From positions 230,144,001 to 230,208,000 of the forward strand of contig OZ024740.1 in assembly GCA_964016885.1 (NCBI GenBank): a stretch of 64,000 nt of DNA. The letters are read 5' to 3'. The notes under the pieces were generated by a model. The model was not told where the DNA came from. It saw only the letters and a list, made by a program, of their open reading frames with translations, and made no database searches. Origin of the DNA: Eledone cirrhosa (Eukaryota). Numbering within the stretch: the stretch's first letter is position 1; each line of letters begins with the position of its first letter. This document shows, piece by piece, positions 42,400 to 58,144 of this stretch. The translations under genes were made by a program, and so were the position numbers.

Positions 42400-43300
42400 G
42401 ATTATCATCAATATTATCACAATTACCACCACCACCACCACCACCACCATCATCACACCACCACCATTATAACCACCATCACCACCACCACCATCACCAC
42501 CACCACCACCACCACCATCACCACCACCGTCACCACCACCATCATCACCACCACCACCACCACCACCACTACCATCATCACCACCACCACCTCCATCACC
42601 AGCACCACCACTACCATCATCACCACCACCACCACCATCAACACCACCATCACCACCACCACCATCACCACCACCACCACTACCATCATCACCACCACCA
42701 CCACCACTTCCATCACCACCACCACCATCACCACCACTACCACCACCACCACCACCATTACCACCACTACCACCATCACCACCACCACCACCACCACCAC
42801 CACCACCATCCCCATCATCATTATTATCATCACATCTTGTTGTTGTTGTTAATGTCTTTGTCAGTGCTACATCTTCTTTCTTTTCCTTTTCTTTCCTATA
42901 TTTCTTCTTTTCCCAGTTTCAAACTTCCCTCCCTACTTTCAATTATTTCACAAATATTGGTTTTTTATTACTCAGTATCTTATTGTTGTTGTTACTGTTG
43001 TTGTTGTTGTTGTTGTTATTACTGTGTTCCTGCTCTTGTTGGTGGTGTTATTGTTGTTGTTACTGTTGTTGTTACTGTTATTGTTACTGTTGTTGTTGTT
43101 ACTGTTGTTGTTGCTATTGTTGTTGTTACTGTTGTTGTTACTGTTGTTGTTACTGTTGTTGTTGTTACTGTTGTTGTTGCTGTTGTTGTTGTTACTGTTG
43201 TTGTTACTGTTGTTGTTACTGTTGTTGTTGTTACTGTTGTTGTTGCTGTTGTTGTTGTTACTGTTGTTGTTACTGTTGTTGTTACTGTTGTTGTTGTTAC

Positions 43301-43343
<43 letters not shown>

Positions 43344-45758
43344 ACTGTTGTTGTTGTTCTTGTTGTTGTTACTGTTGTTGTTGTTCTTGTTACTGTTGTT
43401 GTTGTTATTGTTGCTGGTGTTGTTGTTACTGTTCTTTGCTGTTGTTATTGTTGGTGTTGTTACTGCTCTTTGCTGTTGTTGTTGGTGGTGTTGTTATTGG
43501 TCTTTGCTGTTGTTGGTGGTGTTGTTGTTACTGTTCTTTGCTGTTGTTGTTGGTGGTGTTGTTATTGGTCTTTGCTGTTGTTGTTGGTGTTGTTGTTACT
43601 GTTCTTTGCTGTTGTTGTTGGTGGTGTTGTTACTGTTCTTTGCTGTTGTTGTTGGTGGTGTTGTTACTGTTCTTTGCTGCTGTTGTTGGTGGTGGTGTTA
43701 CTGTTCTTTGTTGTTGGTGGTGGTGTTGTTATTGTTGTAGCAATTTATTTGTTATTATTGATGTTGTTTTTTTCTTGGAATGATTACTATTATGATTGTG
43801 ATTATTACTATTATTACTGTTGTTGTTGTTGTGGTGGTGGTTGCTGTTGCTGTTGCTGTTGTTGTTGCTATTATTATTATTGTTATCTCTATCGTTATGA
43901 TTTTATTATCATTATTATTATTACTCTTGCTATTACTATTGTTGTTGTTGCCATTATTGTTATTGTTGTTGCTATTATTGTTGTTGTTGTTATTATTGTT
44001 GTTATTATTGCTGTTGTTGTTAGTATTATTCATTCCATTGGCCCTCTAATTACGCACACAACATAACTTAGACGTCCCCACCTCCTTCTCATGCATCCAC
44101 AACAAGCGCTCAAACTCACATTCTCACAGACATAGGCGCACATACACAAAATCACACATACGCACACATATACAAACATTCAAACATGCATACATACATA
44201 CATACATACATACATACATACATACATACATACATACATACATACATACATACAAATACACATACATACATACATACACACATACATACATACATACATA
44301 CAAATACACATACATACATACATACACACATACATACAAATATACATACATACATACATACATACATACATACATACATACATACATACATACAAATACA
44401 CATACATACATACATGCATACATACATACATACAAATACACATACATACATACATACATACATACATACATACATACATACATACATACATACATACATA
44501 CATACAAATACACATACATGCATACATACATACATACATACATACAAATACACATACATACATGCATACATACATACATACATACAAATACACATACATA
44601 CATACATACATACATACATACATACATACATACATACATACATACATACATACATACAAATACACATACATGCATACATACATACATACATACATACATA
44701 CATACATACATACATACATACATACATACATACATACAAATAAACATACATACATGCATACATACATACATACATACAAATACACATACATACATGCATA
44801 CATACATACATACATACATACATACATACATACATACAAATACACATACATACATACATACAAATACACATACATACATACATACATACATACATACATA
44901 CATACATACATACATACATACATACATACATACATACATACATACATACAAATGCACATACATGCATACATACATACAAACTGAAAGACAAGCATGCACT
45001 AACATACACACAGACACAAAGTGTAAAACAGAGAAACACGTTCACATACAGATACATAAACACCAGACATATGCATGCATACACACGTACATACACACAC
45101 ATACATAATCACACGCACACACATACACAGACACACACAAACACCAGTCATATGCATGCATACACACATGCATACACACACATTCTAACATATACATGAA
45201 CACACATATACACACACAAACACCAGACATATACATGTATACACTCGTGCTTACACTCACTTACACATACATAAACACACAGGCACTCACACATACACAT
45301 ATATACTCACACATAAGTAAACACACACACACACACATACATAAACACACCCACATACATAAACGTACACACACACACGCATAGTCTCACACACACACAC
45401 ATATAGTCACACATAAATATTCTAAATATTGCTTTGTTCTTTATTTTGTTTATGTTTTTCTTTCCAAATTCTCTCCTTTTTCTAGTTTTATGATTGTTGT
45501 TGTTGTGGTTGTTGGTGGTGGTGGTGGTGGTGTTGTTGTTGTTGTGGTGGTGGCGGTTGTGTTTTTGTTGTTGTGGTTGTTGTTGTTGTTGGTGGTGGTG
45601 GTGGTGTTGTTGTTGTTGTGGTGGTGGCGGTGGTGTTGTTGTTGTTGTGGTTGTTGTTGTTGGTGGTGGTGGTGGTGGTGTTGTTGTTGTTGTGGTGGTG
45701 GCGGTGGTGTTGTTGTTGTTGTGGTTGTTGTTGGTGGTGGTGGTGGTGGTGTTGGCGG

Positions 45759-45789
<31 letters not shown>

Positions 45790-46167
45790 GTTGTTGTTGT
45801 TGTGGTTGTTGTTGTTGGTGGTGGTGGTGGTGGTGTTGTTGTGGGTGTTGTTGTTGGTGGTGGTGGTGGTGGCGGTGTTGTTGTTGTTGTGGTGGTGGCG
45901 GTGGTGTTGTTGTTGTGGTGGTGGCGGTGGTGTTGTTGTTGTTGTGGGTGTTGTTGTTGGTGGTGGTGGTGGTGGCGGTGTTGTTGTTGTTGTGGTGGTG
46001 GCGGTGGTTTTGTTGTTGTTGTGGGTGTTGTTGTTGGTGGCGGTGGTGGTGGTGGCGGTGTTGTTGTTGTTGTTGTTGGTGGTGGTGGTGTTGTTGTTGT
46101 TGTTGTGGTTGTTGTTGGTGGTGGTGGTGGTGGTGTTGTTGTTGTGGTGGTGATGGTGGTGGCGGTG

Positions 46168-46199
<32 letters not shown>

Positions 46200-46447
46200 G
46201 TTGTTGTGGTTGTTGTTGTTGGTGGTGGTGGTGTTGTTGTTGTTGTGGTTGTTGTTGGTGGTGGTGGTGGTGTTGTTGTTGTTGTGGTGGTGATGGTGGT
46301 GGCGGTGTTGTGGTTGTTGTTGTTGGTGGCGGTGGTGGTGTTGTTATGGTTGTTGTTGTTGTTGGTGGTGGTGTTGTTGTTGTTGTGGTGGTGGCGGTGG
46401 TGTTGTTGTTGTTGTGGGTGTTGTTGTTGGTGGTGGTGGTGGCGGTG

Positions 46448-46479
<32 letters not shown>

Positions 46480-46554
46480 GTTGTTGTTGTTGTGGTTGTT
46501 GTTGTTGGTGGTGGTGGTGTTGTTGTTGTGGTGGTGATGGTGGTGGCGGTGTTG

Positions 46555-46586
<32 letters not shown>

Positions 46587-46889
46587 GGTGTTGTTGTGGT
46601 TGTTGTTGTTGGTGGTGGTGGTGTTGTTGTTGTTGTGGTGGTGGTGGTGGTGTTGTTGTTGTTGTTGTTGTGGTTGTTGTGTTGTTGTTGGTGGTGGTGT
46701 TGTGTTGTTGTTGTCGTGGTTGTTGTTGTGGTGGCGGTGTTGTTGTTGTTGTTGTTGTCGTGGTTGTTGTTGTTGGTGGTGGTGGCGGTGTTGTTGTTGT
46801 TGTTGTGGTGGTGGTGGTGTTGTTGTTGTTTGTGGTTGTTGTTGTTGTTGGTGGTGGTGGTGGTGGCGGTGTTGTTGGTGTTGTGGTTG

Positions 46890-46921
<32 letters not shown>

Positions 46922-47160
46922 GTTGTTGTTGTGGTTGTTGTTGTTGGTGGTGGTGGTGTTGTTGTTGTTGTTGTTGTTGTGGTGGTGGTGGTGGCGGCGG
47001 TGTTGTTGTTGTGGTTGTTGTTGTTGTTGTTGGCGGTGGTGGTGGTGTGGTTGTTGTTGTGGTGGTGTTATTGGTGTTGTTGTTGTTGTCGTGGTTGTTG
47101 TTGTTGTTGGTGGTGGTGTTGTTGTGGTGGTGGTGGTGTTGTTGTTGTTGTTGGTGGTGG

Positions 47161-47191
<31 letters not shown>

Positions 47192-47950
47192 GGTGTTGTT
47201 GTTGCTGTTGTTGTGGTGGCGGTCTTGTTGTTGTCGTGGTTGTTGTTGTGTTGGTGGTGTTGTTGTAGTTGTCGTTGTGGTTGTTGTGGTGATGATGGTT
47301 GTTGTTGTGGTGGCGGCGATGTTATTGTCGTTGTGGTTGTTCTGGTGGTAGTGGTGGTGGTGGTTATTGTTGTTGTTAGTGTTGTTGTTGGTGGTAGTGC
47401 TATGGTGGTTATTGTTGTTGGTGTTGTTGGTGTTGTTGGTGTTGTTGTTGTTGTTATTGCTGGTTTCGTTGTTGTACTTGTTCTTGTTGTTGCCTCTGTC
47501 ACTGCTGCTGTTGTTGTTGTTGTTGTTGTAGTTGTAGTTGTTGTAGTTGTTCGTGTTGTTGCCTGTGTCATTGCTGTTGTTGTTGTTGCTGGCTGTTATT
47601 TTTTTTGCAGTTGTTGTTGCTGTTGTCATTGCCGTTATTGTCCTTGTAGCTATTGCTCTTATTGTTGTTGCTGTTATTGCTGTTATTGCTGTTATTGTTG
47701 TTGCTGTTGTTGTTGTTGTTGTTGTTGTTGTTACTGCTGTTGCTATTGCTATTTTTGTTGTTGTAGTGTTGTTGTTATTTCTATTAGTGTTGCTATTTTT
47801 GTTGTTGTTGTATTGGATGTTGTAGTTGTCGTTACTGTTGTTATTGCTGTTGTAATTGCTATTGCTGTTTTTTTTTTCGTTTTTGTTGTTATTATTGTTG
47901 TTGCTGTTATTGTTGTTGTTGCTGCTGCACTTATTTTTGTTGTTGTTGCT
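42400..47950. repeat. Large compound low-complexity block: (CAC)n, (GTT)n, (CATA)n at 44160-44980, (GTT/GGT)n at 45490-47950
   Basis: Direct inspection; all ORFs here are homopolymer artefacts. Confidence 0.93.
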
Positions 47951-48684
47951 TTCACTTTTTCCAAATCTCTTTAATATTTATTTATTTATTTACATTTTTC
48001 AAAACATTTTATCGTTTCAACTTGCATAGCTAGCTAAGATGGCGTCCATTTCATGCCTATTGTCAATATCCACCCCTCTCCCATCTATCTGCCTTTCTCA
48101 TTCTCTCCCTATCTCCACTCTTTCTATTTCTCTCTCTCTCTCTTACACTCCCCTTCTCTCTCTGTATGTGTAAAAATCGAAGTTAACAAATAAAAAATAA
48201 AACGTAGCTGCCATGCAAATAATAATTTAGTTTTGTTTTGTATTGTTTGCTTTTTTTGTTTTCCAGAAAATGAGATGACGATGATGGTAGGGGCGGGGGT
48301 GGGGTGGGGGTTGTGGGGTGGGGGTGAAGCTTGTGATGATGGTGGTGGTGGTGGTGGTGATGGTGGTGAAGCTTGTGATGATGATGGTAGGGGTGGGGGT
48401 GGGGGTGGTCGTGGTGAAGCTTGTGATGATGGTGGTGGTGGTGGCGGTGGTGAAGCTTGTGATGATGATGGTGGTGAAGAAGAAGAAGAAGAAGAAGAAG
48501 AAGAAGAAGAAGAAGAAGAAGGGAAAGAGGATGGTGTCGACGACGAGATGACGATGATGATGATGATGATGATGATGATGGTGATGGTGATGATGATGAC
48601 TTTGGTAATGGGAAAGATGATGGCCATGAAGATGATGAAGCTGGTGGTAATAGGAAAAAATGATAGCCATGATGATAACGACGG

Positions 48685-48722
<38 letters not shown>

Positions 48723-49037
48723 GTGATGATGGTGATGATGATGGTGATGATGATGATGATGATGGTGGTGGTGATGATGGTGATGATGATGGTAATTGAG
48801 GAAATACAAGAAGTACAAGAACATGAAATATAAAATCACGAAGCGAGAAAATATGTTTTAGAGAGGAACTTGGGAGAGAGAGAGACAGAGAAAATAAGAG
48901 AGAGATAGAGAGAGAAAGGAGGAAGAAGAGAGAGAGATGAGTTAAAGAGAGAGAGAGATTGACATAGAGGGACAGTGAAGGGGGTGATATAGAAAGAAAA
49001 AGAGAAAAAGAGAGAGGAAGTAGCAGGAGAGGGACAT

Positions 49038-49095
<58 letters not shown>

Positions 49096-49423
49096 GGAAG
49101 AAGAGAGGGAGAGAGATTATGCTGAAGGATCGAAGAGAAACATAGAAAGAGAGAACTATGTGAAAGGAGAGAAAGAGAGACATAGAAAAGGGAAAATGGA
49201 AGAGAGACATGAGGAAGGAGCGACAGAGATGTAGAAAGAGTGAAGAAGTGAGAAGGTAGGAGATGAGAAAGGAGTGAGAGAGAAAGGGGATATAGAAAGA
49301 GAGAAAAGAGAGAGAGTGGAATGCCACAAAGAAGAACATAAAGGAAAAAAGGCGAAGAAAACCAAGCCAGCAAAATGAAGGAACACAATGATAAAAGATG
49401 AAAGTTTGTAGAATAACTGAGAA

Positions 49424-49606
49424 ATAATTGTTTCCACTTTTGGCACAAGGCCAGCAAATATCCAGTGTATTACTGGTACTTTATTTTATCGACCCCGTAA
49501 GGATGAAAGGCAAAGTTAACCTCGGCGGGATTTGAACTCAGAATGGCAAGGGCCGTTACTCTATGCGTCAAAGCATGGCGTCCGACCCTCTACTGATACT
49601 GCCAAT
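49424..49606 (-). mobile_element. tRNA-derived SINE with apparent target-site duplication
   Basis: Family match; aataactgagaaataat occurs on both sides. Confidence 0.85.
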
Positions 49607-50837
49607 AACTGAGAAATAATGAGAAGTATAAAGAACGAAAGAAGCTGGAAGGAAAGAATAAGAAGTCTAAAGAAGGAAAATATTAAGAAATATCCAGAAA
49701 ATTAAAGAAGGAAAGATAAGATTCAGACCGGAAGTACAGAGGATGGAAAGAAAGAAAAAATGTAAAAATGAAGGAAAGAACAAAAGAAAGAAAGATAGCA
49801 AAACTAAAGAAAGAACAAAATAAGAAAAGGGAGAAAGAAAAAGGAAGGAAAAGTGAAAAAGAGCGAAAGAAAGAATGAAAAAATAGAAAAATGAAAGGGG
49901 TAAAATTAAAGAAAGAGAGAATTGACAAGCGAAAGAAAGAAAGAGGAAAGAAAGATATAAAGGAGAAAATAAAGAAAGAGAAAGCGAAAGGGATAAAATG
50001 AAAAAAACGAGGGAAGGGACAAATGAAAGAAAGACAAACAGAAAGAAAGATCGAAAGGACAAAATATAGAAAGATATTTAAGAAGAGGACAAGAAGATAA
50101 AGTAAACAACTATAAATATATAAAGAGGAAATAAATGATGAAACAAGAAAAAAATGGATGAGTAAATTGTAAAAAAAAACTTATAAAATAGATAAATAAA
50201 CAAAAGAAAGAAAGAAAGAAAGAAAGAAGATAGAAAGAAAGCGAGAAAGGGAACAAAAAAGAATGAAGAAAACGAAAGGCAGACAAAATATAGGCAGAAA
50301 GAAATAATTAAATCAAAGGCGAAAGAAAAAGATAGTTGTTTGAATTATTGAAACACTCATCGTCGGAACCGACGTAGATCCAACACATAGTTAACACGCA
50401 TTTATCTCATTAGCATCATCAATACAATGATCCTGAAAGGAGAGGATGGCCAGGTGTTCCACTTAACAACCTTACTGTCACTGTCATCGATTTCTGGACT
50501 CCTATGGAGTTGTAGAATCGCCGTCGTGAACATTTTAAACCTAGCGGGACACATCCCACCCTACGTTTCACAACAGCTGATTTCTCCCACATATATCTAT
50601 ATATATAGTGTGTATGTGTGTGTGTGCGTGTGTGCGCGTATGTGTGTCTGTGAATATGTGTGTGTTCATATATATATATATATATATTGTTATACTTTGG
50701 GAGGGTCATGTTGCTAATAAGAAACACACGCACCAGTTGCTTTCACTTCAATTTATTATAATAAATTTATAAATTTAGGAATTTATAAATTTCCGGTTAG
50801 TTGGTTGGTTCCACAACCAGATGGTTGTTTATATATT

Positions 50838-50880
50838 GTCAAAGTTCTTTCGTCACACATTCTGTGACCTCTTCAGTGAC
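50838..50880 (-). ncRNA. Minimal type I hammerhead (left arm)
   Basis: Reverse complement of 51436-51478. Confidence 0.72.
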
Positions 50881-51435
50881 TGGGGATACTTTTCTTTGTT
50901 TTTGTGCCTCTCCTTTGTTCTGTCCTACGCCATCTTGTTTCTGTGTGTGTGTTGTGTGCTCGGGCTGCGCATGCGCCACATCCGGGTGTCTGTGTGTGTT
51001 TATATTCGTTTATTTATTTGTTTATTTACATGTTACAGGTTTGTTCTATGTGCGTGTGTGTTTTCATTTTGTCCTTAATTGTATGTTGTGATGTTGCTGT
51101 TCCACTCATTTTTTCTATTTAATTTTGGTTGTAATTCTTTTATATTACATAAAAGAATGTTACATAAAAGAATTACAACCAAAATTAAATAGAAAACATG
51201 AGTGGAACAGCAACATCACAACTTACAATTAAGGACAAAATGAAAACACACACGCACATAGAACAAACCTGTAACATGTAAATAAACAAATAAATAAACG
51301 AATATAAACACACGCAGACACCCGGATGTGGCACATGCTAAGACTGAGCACACAACACACACAACACACACACAGAAACAAGATGGCGTAGGACAGAACA
51401 AGGGAGAGGCACAAAAACAAAGAAAAGAATCCCCA

Positions 51436-51478
51436 GTCACTGAAGAGGTCACAGAATGTGTGACGAAAGAACTTTGAC
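51436..51478 (+). ncRNA. Minimal type I hammerhead (right arm)
   Basis: gtca CTGAAGA g gtcaca-gaatg-tgtgac GAAA GAAC TT tgac. Confidence 0.75.
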
Positions 51479-51684
51479 AATATATAAACAACCATCTGGT
51501 TGTGGAACCAACCAACCAACCGGAAATTTATAAATTCCTAAATTTATAAATGTATTATAATAAATTGAAGTGAAAGCAACTGGTGCGTGTGTTTCTTATT
51601 GGCAACATGACCCTCCCAAAGTATAACAATATCGGTTTCAACACACGTTTTCAGATAAAGAATCTTGCTAAACAAATTCAGAAA

Positions 51685-51804
<120 letters not shown>

Positions 51805-51899
51805 GTAGAAGTTGTATTTAATTTGTTGGAAGTCCGACACATAAATGTTTATAACTGATTTAGAGCACTCAACAGTTTACAGTTTACTGGAGTAAATAT

Positions 51900-52110
51900 T
51901 CAATGATATTAAATAAATGGAAAATATATTTATAAAACCATATTTATTTTATTATATATATTTCAAGGGCAATCAAGACTATATTGGTACGCTTTCATCA
52001 GATAAAATACAAAGAAAGCGTACCAATGTTGTCTTGGTTGCCCTTCAAATATATATAATAAAATAAATATGGTTTTATAAATATAGTTTCCATTTATTTA
52101 ATATCATTGT
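51900..52110. mobile_element. Fold-back element (~95-bp arms) overlapping a hammerhead
   Basis: caatgatattaaataaatgg...ggtacgcttt versus aaagcgtacc...ccatttatttaatatcattg. Confidence 0.75.
51947..52007 (-). ncRNA. Minimal type I hammerhead
   Basis: Minus strand: ttttat CTGATGA aag...ctt GAAA TATATA TA ataaaa. Confidence 0.72.
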
Positions 52111-52169
52111 ATATATATGTATGTATATATGTATATGTATATATATATAATATATATATATATAGGTAA

Positions 52170-53800
<1,631 letters not shown>

Positions 53801-53872
53801 CATGGCTTTAAAAATGAGGCTTGTTTGCATACTTGCAAACGAATCGAATGTTATTATTAATATTCGAGAGGG

Positions 53873-54052
53873 CGGTAGAGGGTCGGACATCATGCTTTAC
53901 GCATAGAGTTACGGTCCTTTCCATTCTGAGTTCAAATCTCGTCCGAGGTCAACTTTGCCTTTCATCCTTTCATCCTTACGGGGTCGATAAAATAAAGTAC
54001 CGGTAATGTACTGGGTAATTGCTGGCCTTGTGCCAAAAGTAGAAACAATTAT
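53873..54052 (+). mobile_element. tRNA-derived SINE whose 3' end forms a palindrome (54037-54125)
   Basis: Family match; aaagtagaaacaattattaata.tcgagaaactcagatta (TA)n taatctgagtttctcga.tattaataattgtttctacttt. Confidence 0.82.
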
Positions 54053-54121
54053 TAATAGTCGAGAAACTCAGATTATATATATATATAATCTGAGTTTCTC
54101 GAATATTAATAATTGTTTCTA

Positions 54122-54191
<70 letters not shown>

Positions 54192-54667
54192 AATAGATGT
54201 CACATACACACACACGCGCGCATGGAGACACACTTATCCGATACACAGGGGAAAATAAACACACACATATGCATAATCGTATACACTCACATATATAGAA
54301 ACAACAGAAAAAAAGCCCCCATATACACACACTCACACACATGCACCAAAATTAAAGAACTCACAGTCTGTCACACGAACGTCTGTCCGAAACATAGAGC
54401 CCTCCTCCACATCTTGTAAGTGTGACCTAATAAAACTTTGTATTTGTTCATCCTTGTGTTTGTTTTGTTTCATTTATCAACTATATGTATATGTCTCTAC
54501 CTGTTTTGTTATGTCCCAATGTGCGCTGGAATAAGCGGTATCAATTTTAAAAACCGAAACCGTAGTAGTTTCCAGAGGTTGACTGATATGTGACTGTCTA
54601 TCTTTCCGTTGTTTTTTCAGTTGTCTTTGTCCTGTGTCCACCCTATTTTGAATATATATATATATAA

Positions 54668-54793
<126 letters not shown>

Positions 54794-54974
54794 TAATAAA
54801 AACAATGAATAAAAATAAAGAAACAGTTCCTTATGTTAAAAAATTCATCATTTTACGATCGTTTCTAGGATATATATGTGTGTGTTGGTATGTATATCAT
54901 ATAGATCTATGTAAAAATTTTACAAACTATCAGAGGGAATATACATACCTACACATATATATGCTGTCTTCAGA

Positions 54975-55742
54975 AATAATTGTTTCTACTTTAGGCACAA
55001 GGCCAGCAATAACCCAGTGTATTACTGGTACTTTATTTTATCGACCCCGTAAGGATGAAAGGCAAAGTCAACCTCGGCGGGATTTTAACGCAGAATGGCA
55101 AGGGCCGTAACTCTATGCGTCAAAGCATGGTGTCCGACCCTCTACAGAAATAATTGTTTCTACTTTAGGCACAAGGCCAGCAATTACCCAGTGCATTACT
55201 GGTACTTTATTTTATCGACCCCGTAAGGATGAAAGGCAAAGTCAACCTCGGCGGGATTTGAACTCAGATCGTAAAGGGACGTAACTATGCTGGAAAGCAT
55301 GGCGTCCGACCCTCTACCAATACTGCCAATCCACCGCCCTTTACAGAAATAATTGTTTCTACTTTTGGCACAAGGCCAGCAATAACCCAGTGCATTACTG
55401 GTACTTTATTTTATCGACCCCGTAAGGATGAAAGGCAAAGTTAGCCTCGGCGGGATTTGAACTCAGAATGGCAAGGGCCATAACTCTATGCGTCAAAGTA
55501 TAGCGTCCGACCCTCTACCGATACTGCCAATCCACCGCTCTTTACAGAAATAATTGTTTCTACTTTAGGCACAAGGCCAGCAATCACCCAGTGCATTACT
55601 GGTACTTTATTTTATCGACCCCGTAAGGATGAAAGGCAAAGTCAACCTCGGCGGGATTTGAACTCAGATGGTAAAGGGACGTAACTATGCTGGAAAGCAT
55701 GGCGTCCGACCCTCTACCGAATCCACCGCTCTTTACAGAAAT
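54975..55742 (-). mobile_element. Four head-to-tail SINE copies, alternating subtypes
   Basis: Units begin cagaaataattgtttctac at ~54971, 55145, 55343, 55545. Confidence 0.9.
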
Positions 55743-56499
55743 AATGATATTAGTTTATTGAAAAAAACCAACAAAGATTTAATATAATAGGTCTGTTTGG
55801 GAACAGGTTTTGAATTGAGTAGTAAGTGGTCAAGTTGATAGAATAGTAGTAGTAGACATTTAATTTACGGGTAGAGGAATACAGACTTCAGTTTTGAATG
55901 GAAAGAATACTTTGAATGAAAAGATTACTTTGGGGATGAAAAGAGGTCAAGAGGTGAAAGGTACACGAAAATTTGATGTTATTAAAGAATAATGCTAATG
56001 TTAAAATCGAAGGAGAATAAAATTTTAGGATAAATGTGTTAGTGAGAAATACCAATCTTATTTATAACATAAGGAATTTAGATCTATAAAAAGAAATTAA
56101 ATTAATTTAATTGATAGGTATACTTATAGGGATAAATTTATATTAATTCATATAGATGTGATAAATAAGAGTTAGATGTTATTAAAAACGAAGGAAAAAA
56201 AATTTGGGGGGATAAATGTATTAGTGAGAAATAACAAACTTATATAGACTACAAGGAATTTAGATTCATAACAGGAAATTAAAATAGTTTATATGTATAC
56301 TTATAGGTATTAATTTTAGGAAAAGATAGCTGTAAAAGGGAAATAAAATTATGAAGTTCTCAGTAGTAAAAAACTAATTATAGGTTAACTAAATTTTTTT
56401 TAAATAATTATAATAATTTGTAAAATATAAGTGTATATTAATTAGGTTTATAATATTTGAAAGTTCTTCTAATTCTATGATTACACGATACAATTAATT

Positions 56500-56535
<36 letters not shown>

Positions 56536-56537
<2 letters not shown>

Positions 56538-56794
56538 GAAAGATTTGAATGGATACAGTTTAGTTGAAAGGAATTTATTGACACGTGTTTCTATAACAGT
56601 TACATAACCTAAAACAGCTATCTACAAACTTTTAGTTATGCAGTAACTAATATGACAGTAAATAATAACATTGAAATATTGAATGTCTGCATAACTAAAA
56701 GTTTGTAGATAGCTGTTTTAGGTTATGTAACTGTTATAGAAACACGTGTCAATAAATTCCTTTCAACTAAACTGTATCCATTCAAATCTTTCTA
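56536..56794. mobile_element. Fold-back element (~107-bp arms) carrying the 3' half of a hammerhead
   Basis: tagaaagatttgaatgg...gttatgcag versus ctgcataac...ccattcaaatctttcta; GAAAC ACGT GTC AATAAA in right arm. Confidence 0.75.
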
Positions 56795-56931
56795 TTTTTC
56801 TCCGGATTACTTTTGGAACTACAACTGGAACCGTCGAGCAAACTCTACGTGAGCTGATAATCTACTGTGTGTAATATTTATATTACAACACAACGGAAAA
56901 TACTGTATATATATATATGTATATATATATA

Positions 56932-57060
56932 TTGTTATACTTGGGAAGGATCATATTGTTGTAATATTGCCAGAAATAATATGTGTGTATATATATATAT
57001 ATATATACACATTATTTCTGGCAGTATTACAACAATATGATCCTTCCCAAGTATAACAAT
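56932..57060. mobile_element. Mini fold-back element with the same termini as 50687-51630
   Basis: ttgttatacttgggaaggatcat...atgatccttcccaagtataacaa around a (TA)n core. Confidence 0.75.
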
Positions 57061-57062
57061 AA

Positions 57063-57167
<105 letters not shown>

Positions 57168-57530
57168 TAAACGGAATAGAAAATGCTGACAAATTGTTCA
57201 CAGTTGAAAAATGGTTTAATTAGGAATAAAAGAGTATTAGTGATTGTATGGGTTAGTATTCAGTTGTGGTTTTAAGTTTTTAAGTTTTTACCGGTTGCGC
57301 ATTTCTAAATGCTTTTCAAAAATAATTTTGAGATAGAGTGTCCGTGCTGTTTGCTCTGATCTGATTAGTTTTGGGAATTCTACCTGTTTTTATGTTAAAA
57401 AAGTGGCTCCAGCAAAAATTCTTGGTCAAAACAATTTTGATTGGTCGGTAGAGGTCATGTGGATAAAAAATTGGTTTTGCGCCAAGATTGAGAAATGACT
57501 CTTTCACAACAAATATGTGTGTGTGTGTGT

Positions 57531-57631
<101 letters not shown>

Positions 57632-58144
57632 GCAGAGTAATTCGATGGTCAGTAAGAATGTGTCTGAAAGCAGTGGGGGGGTATTTTAGCATGTCAAAAG
57701 ATATTTTTCAGCTTTTGTCTTATACGGAGAAGTGCGTGTGTGTGTGTGTGTGTATAAGTCTCTTTGTATGTTGATGTACGCGTGTGTATGTATTTGTGTA
57801 TATATGTGTGTGTGTGTGTGTGGGGGTGGACCAGTATTTTTTTCCCCCTGGTAAAATGGTGTACATTATTCGATTTTTTCAGTAAAATCGGTTCTCTTAA
57901 TAGAACATCAAAAATCTTAACAATAAAAGGTGTGAAATGATATTCACTATATATATATACACATACACATATTCACTACATATATATATATATATACATA
58001 TATACATACATATATATGCACATATATTTTTTTGTATTGCACCATAGAGCATGTGTGTTTACGTGTGTCATTGTGTTTATATGTGGGTAGAGATGTGTGC
58101 TGATGTAGGTATGTATGTTGACGTGTGTATGTTGTGGGTTCGTC

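Noticed and set aside
42837-47974. Poly-V/C/L/T/Q/N ORFs up to 713 aa
   Set aside because: Trinucleotide low-complexity DNA open in several frames on both strands; no domain, no splice evidence
50801-51519. Two similar ORFs on opposite strands (MVGSTTRW...)
   Set aside because: Consequence of the inverted repeat in T/G-rich UTR sequence; no coding signature
54525-54575. Possible hammerhead (ctggaa...ggt..acc GAAAC cgta GTA gtttccag)
   Set aside because: No CTGANGA core; at best a deleted relic
54975-55742. CRISPR-like or tRNA gene array
   Set aside because: Units are ~200-bp SINE copies without unique spacers and without a complete cloverleaf
57290-57325. Minus-strand GAAA-TGCGCA resembling a hammerhead 3' half
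   Set aside because: Core, stem I and cleavage triplet do not fit
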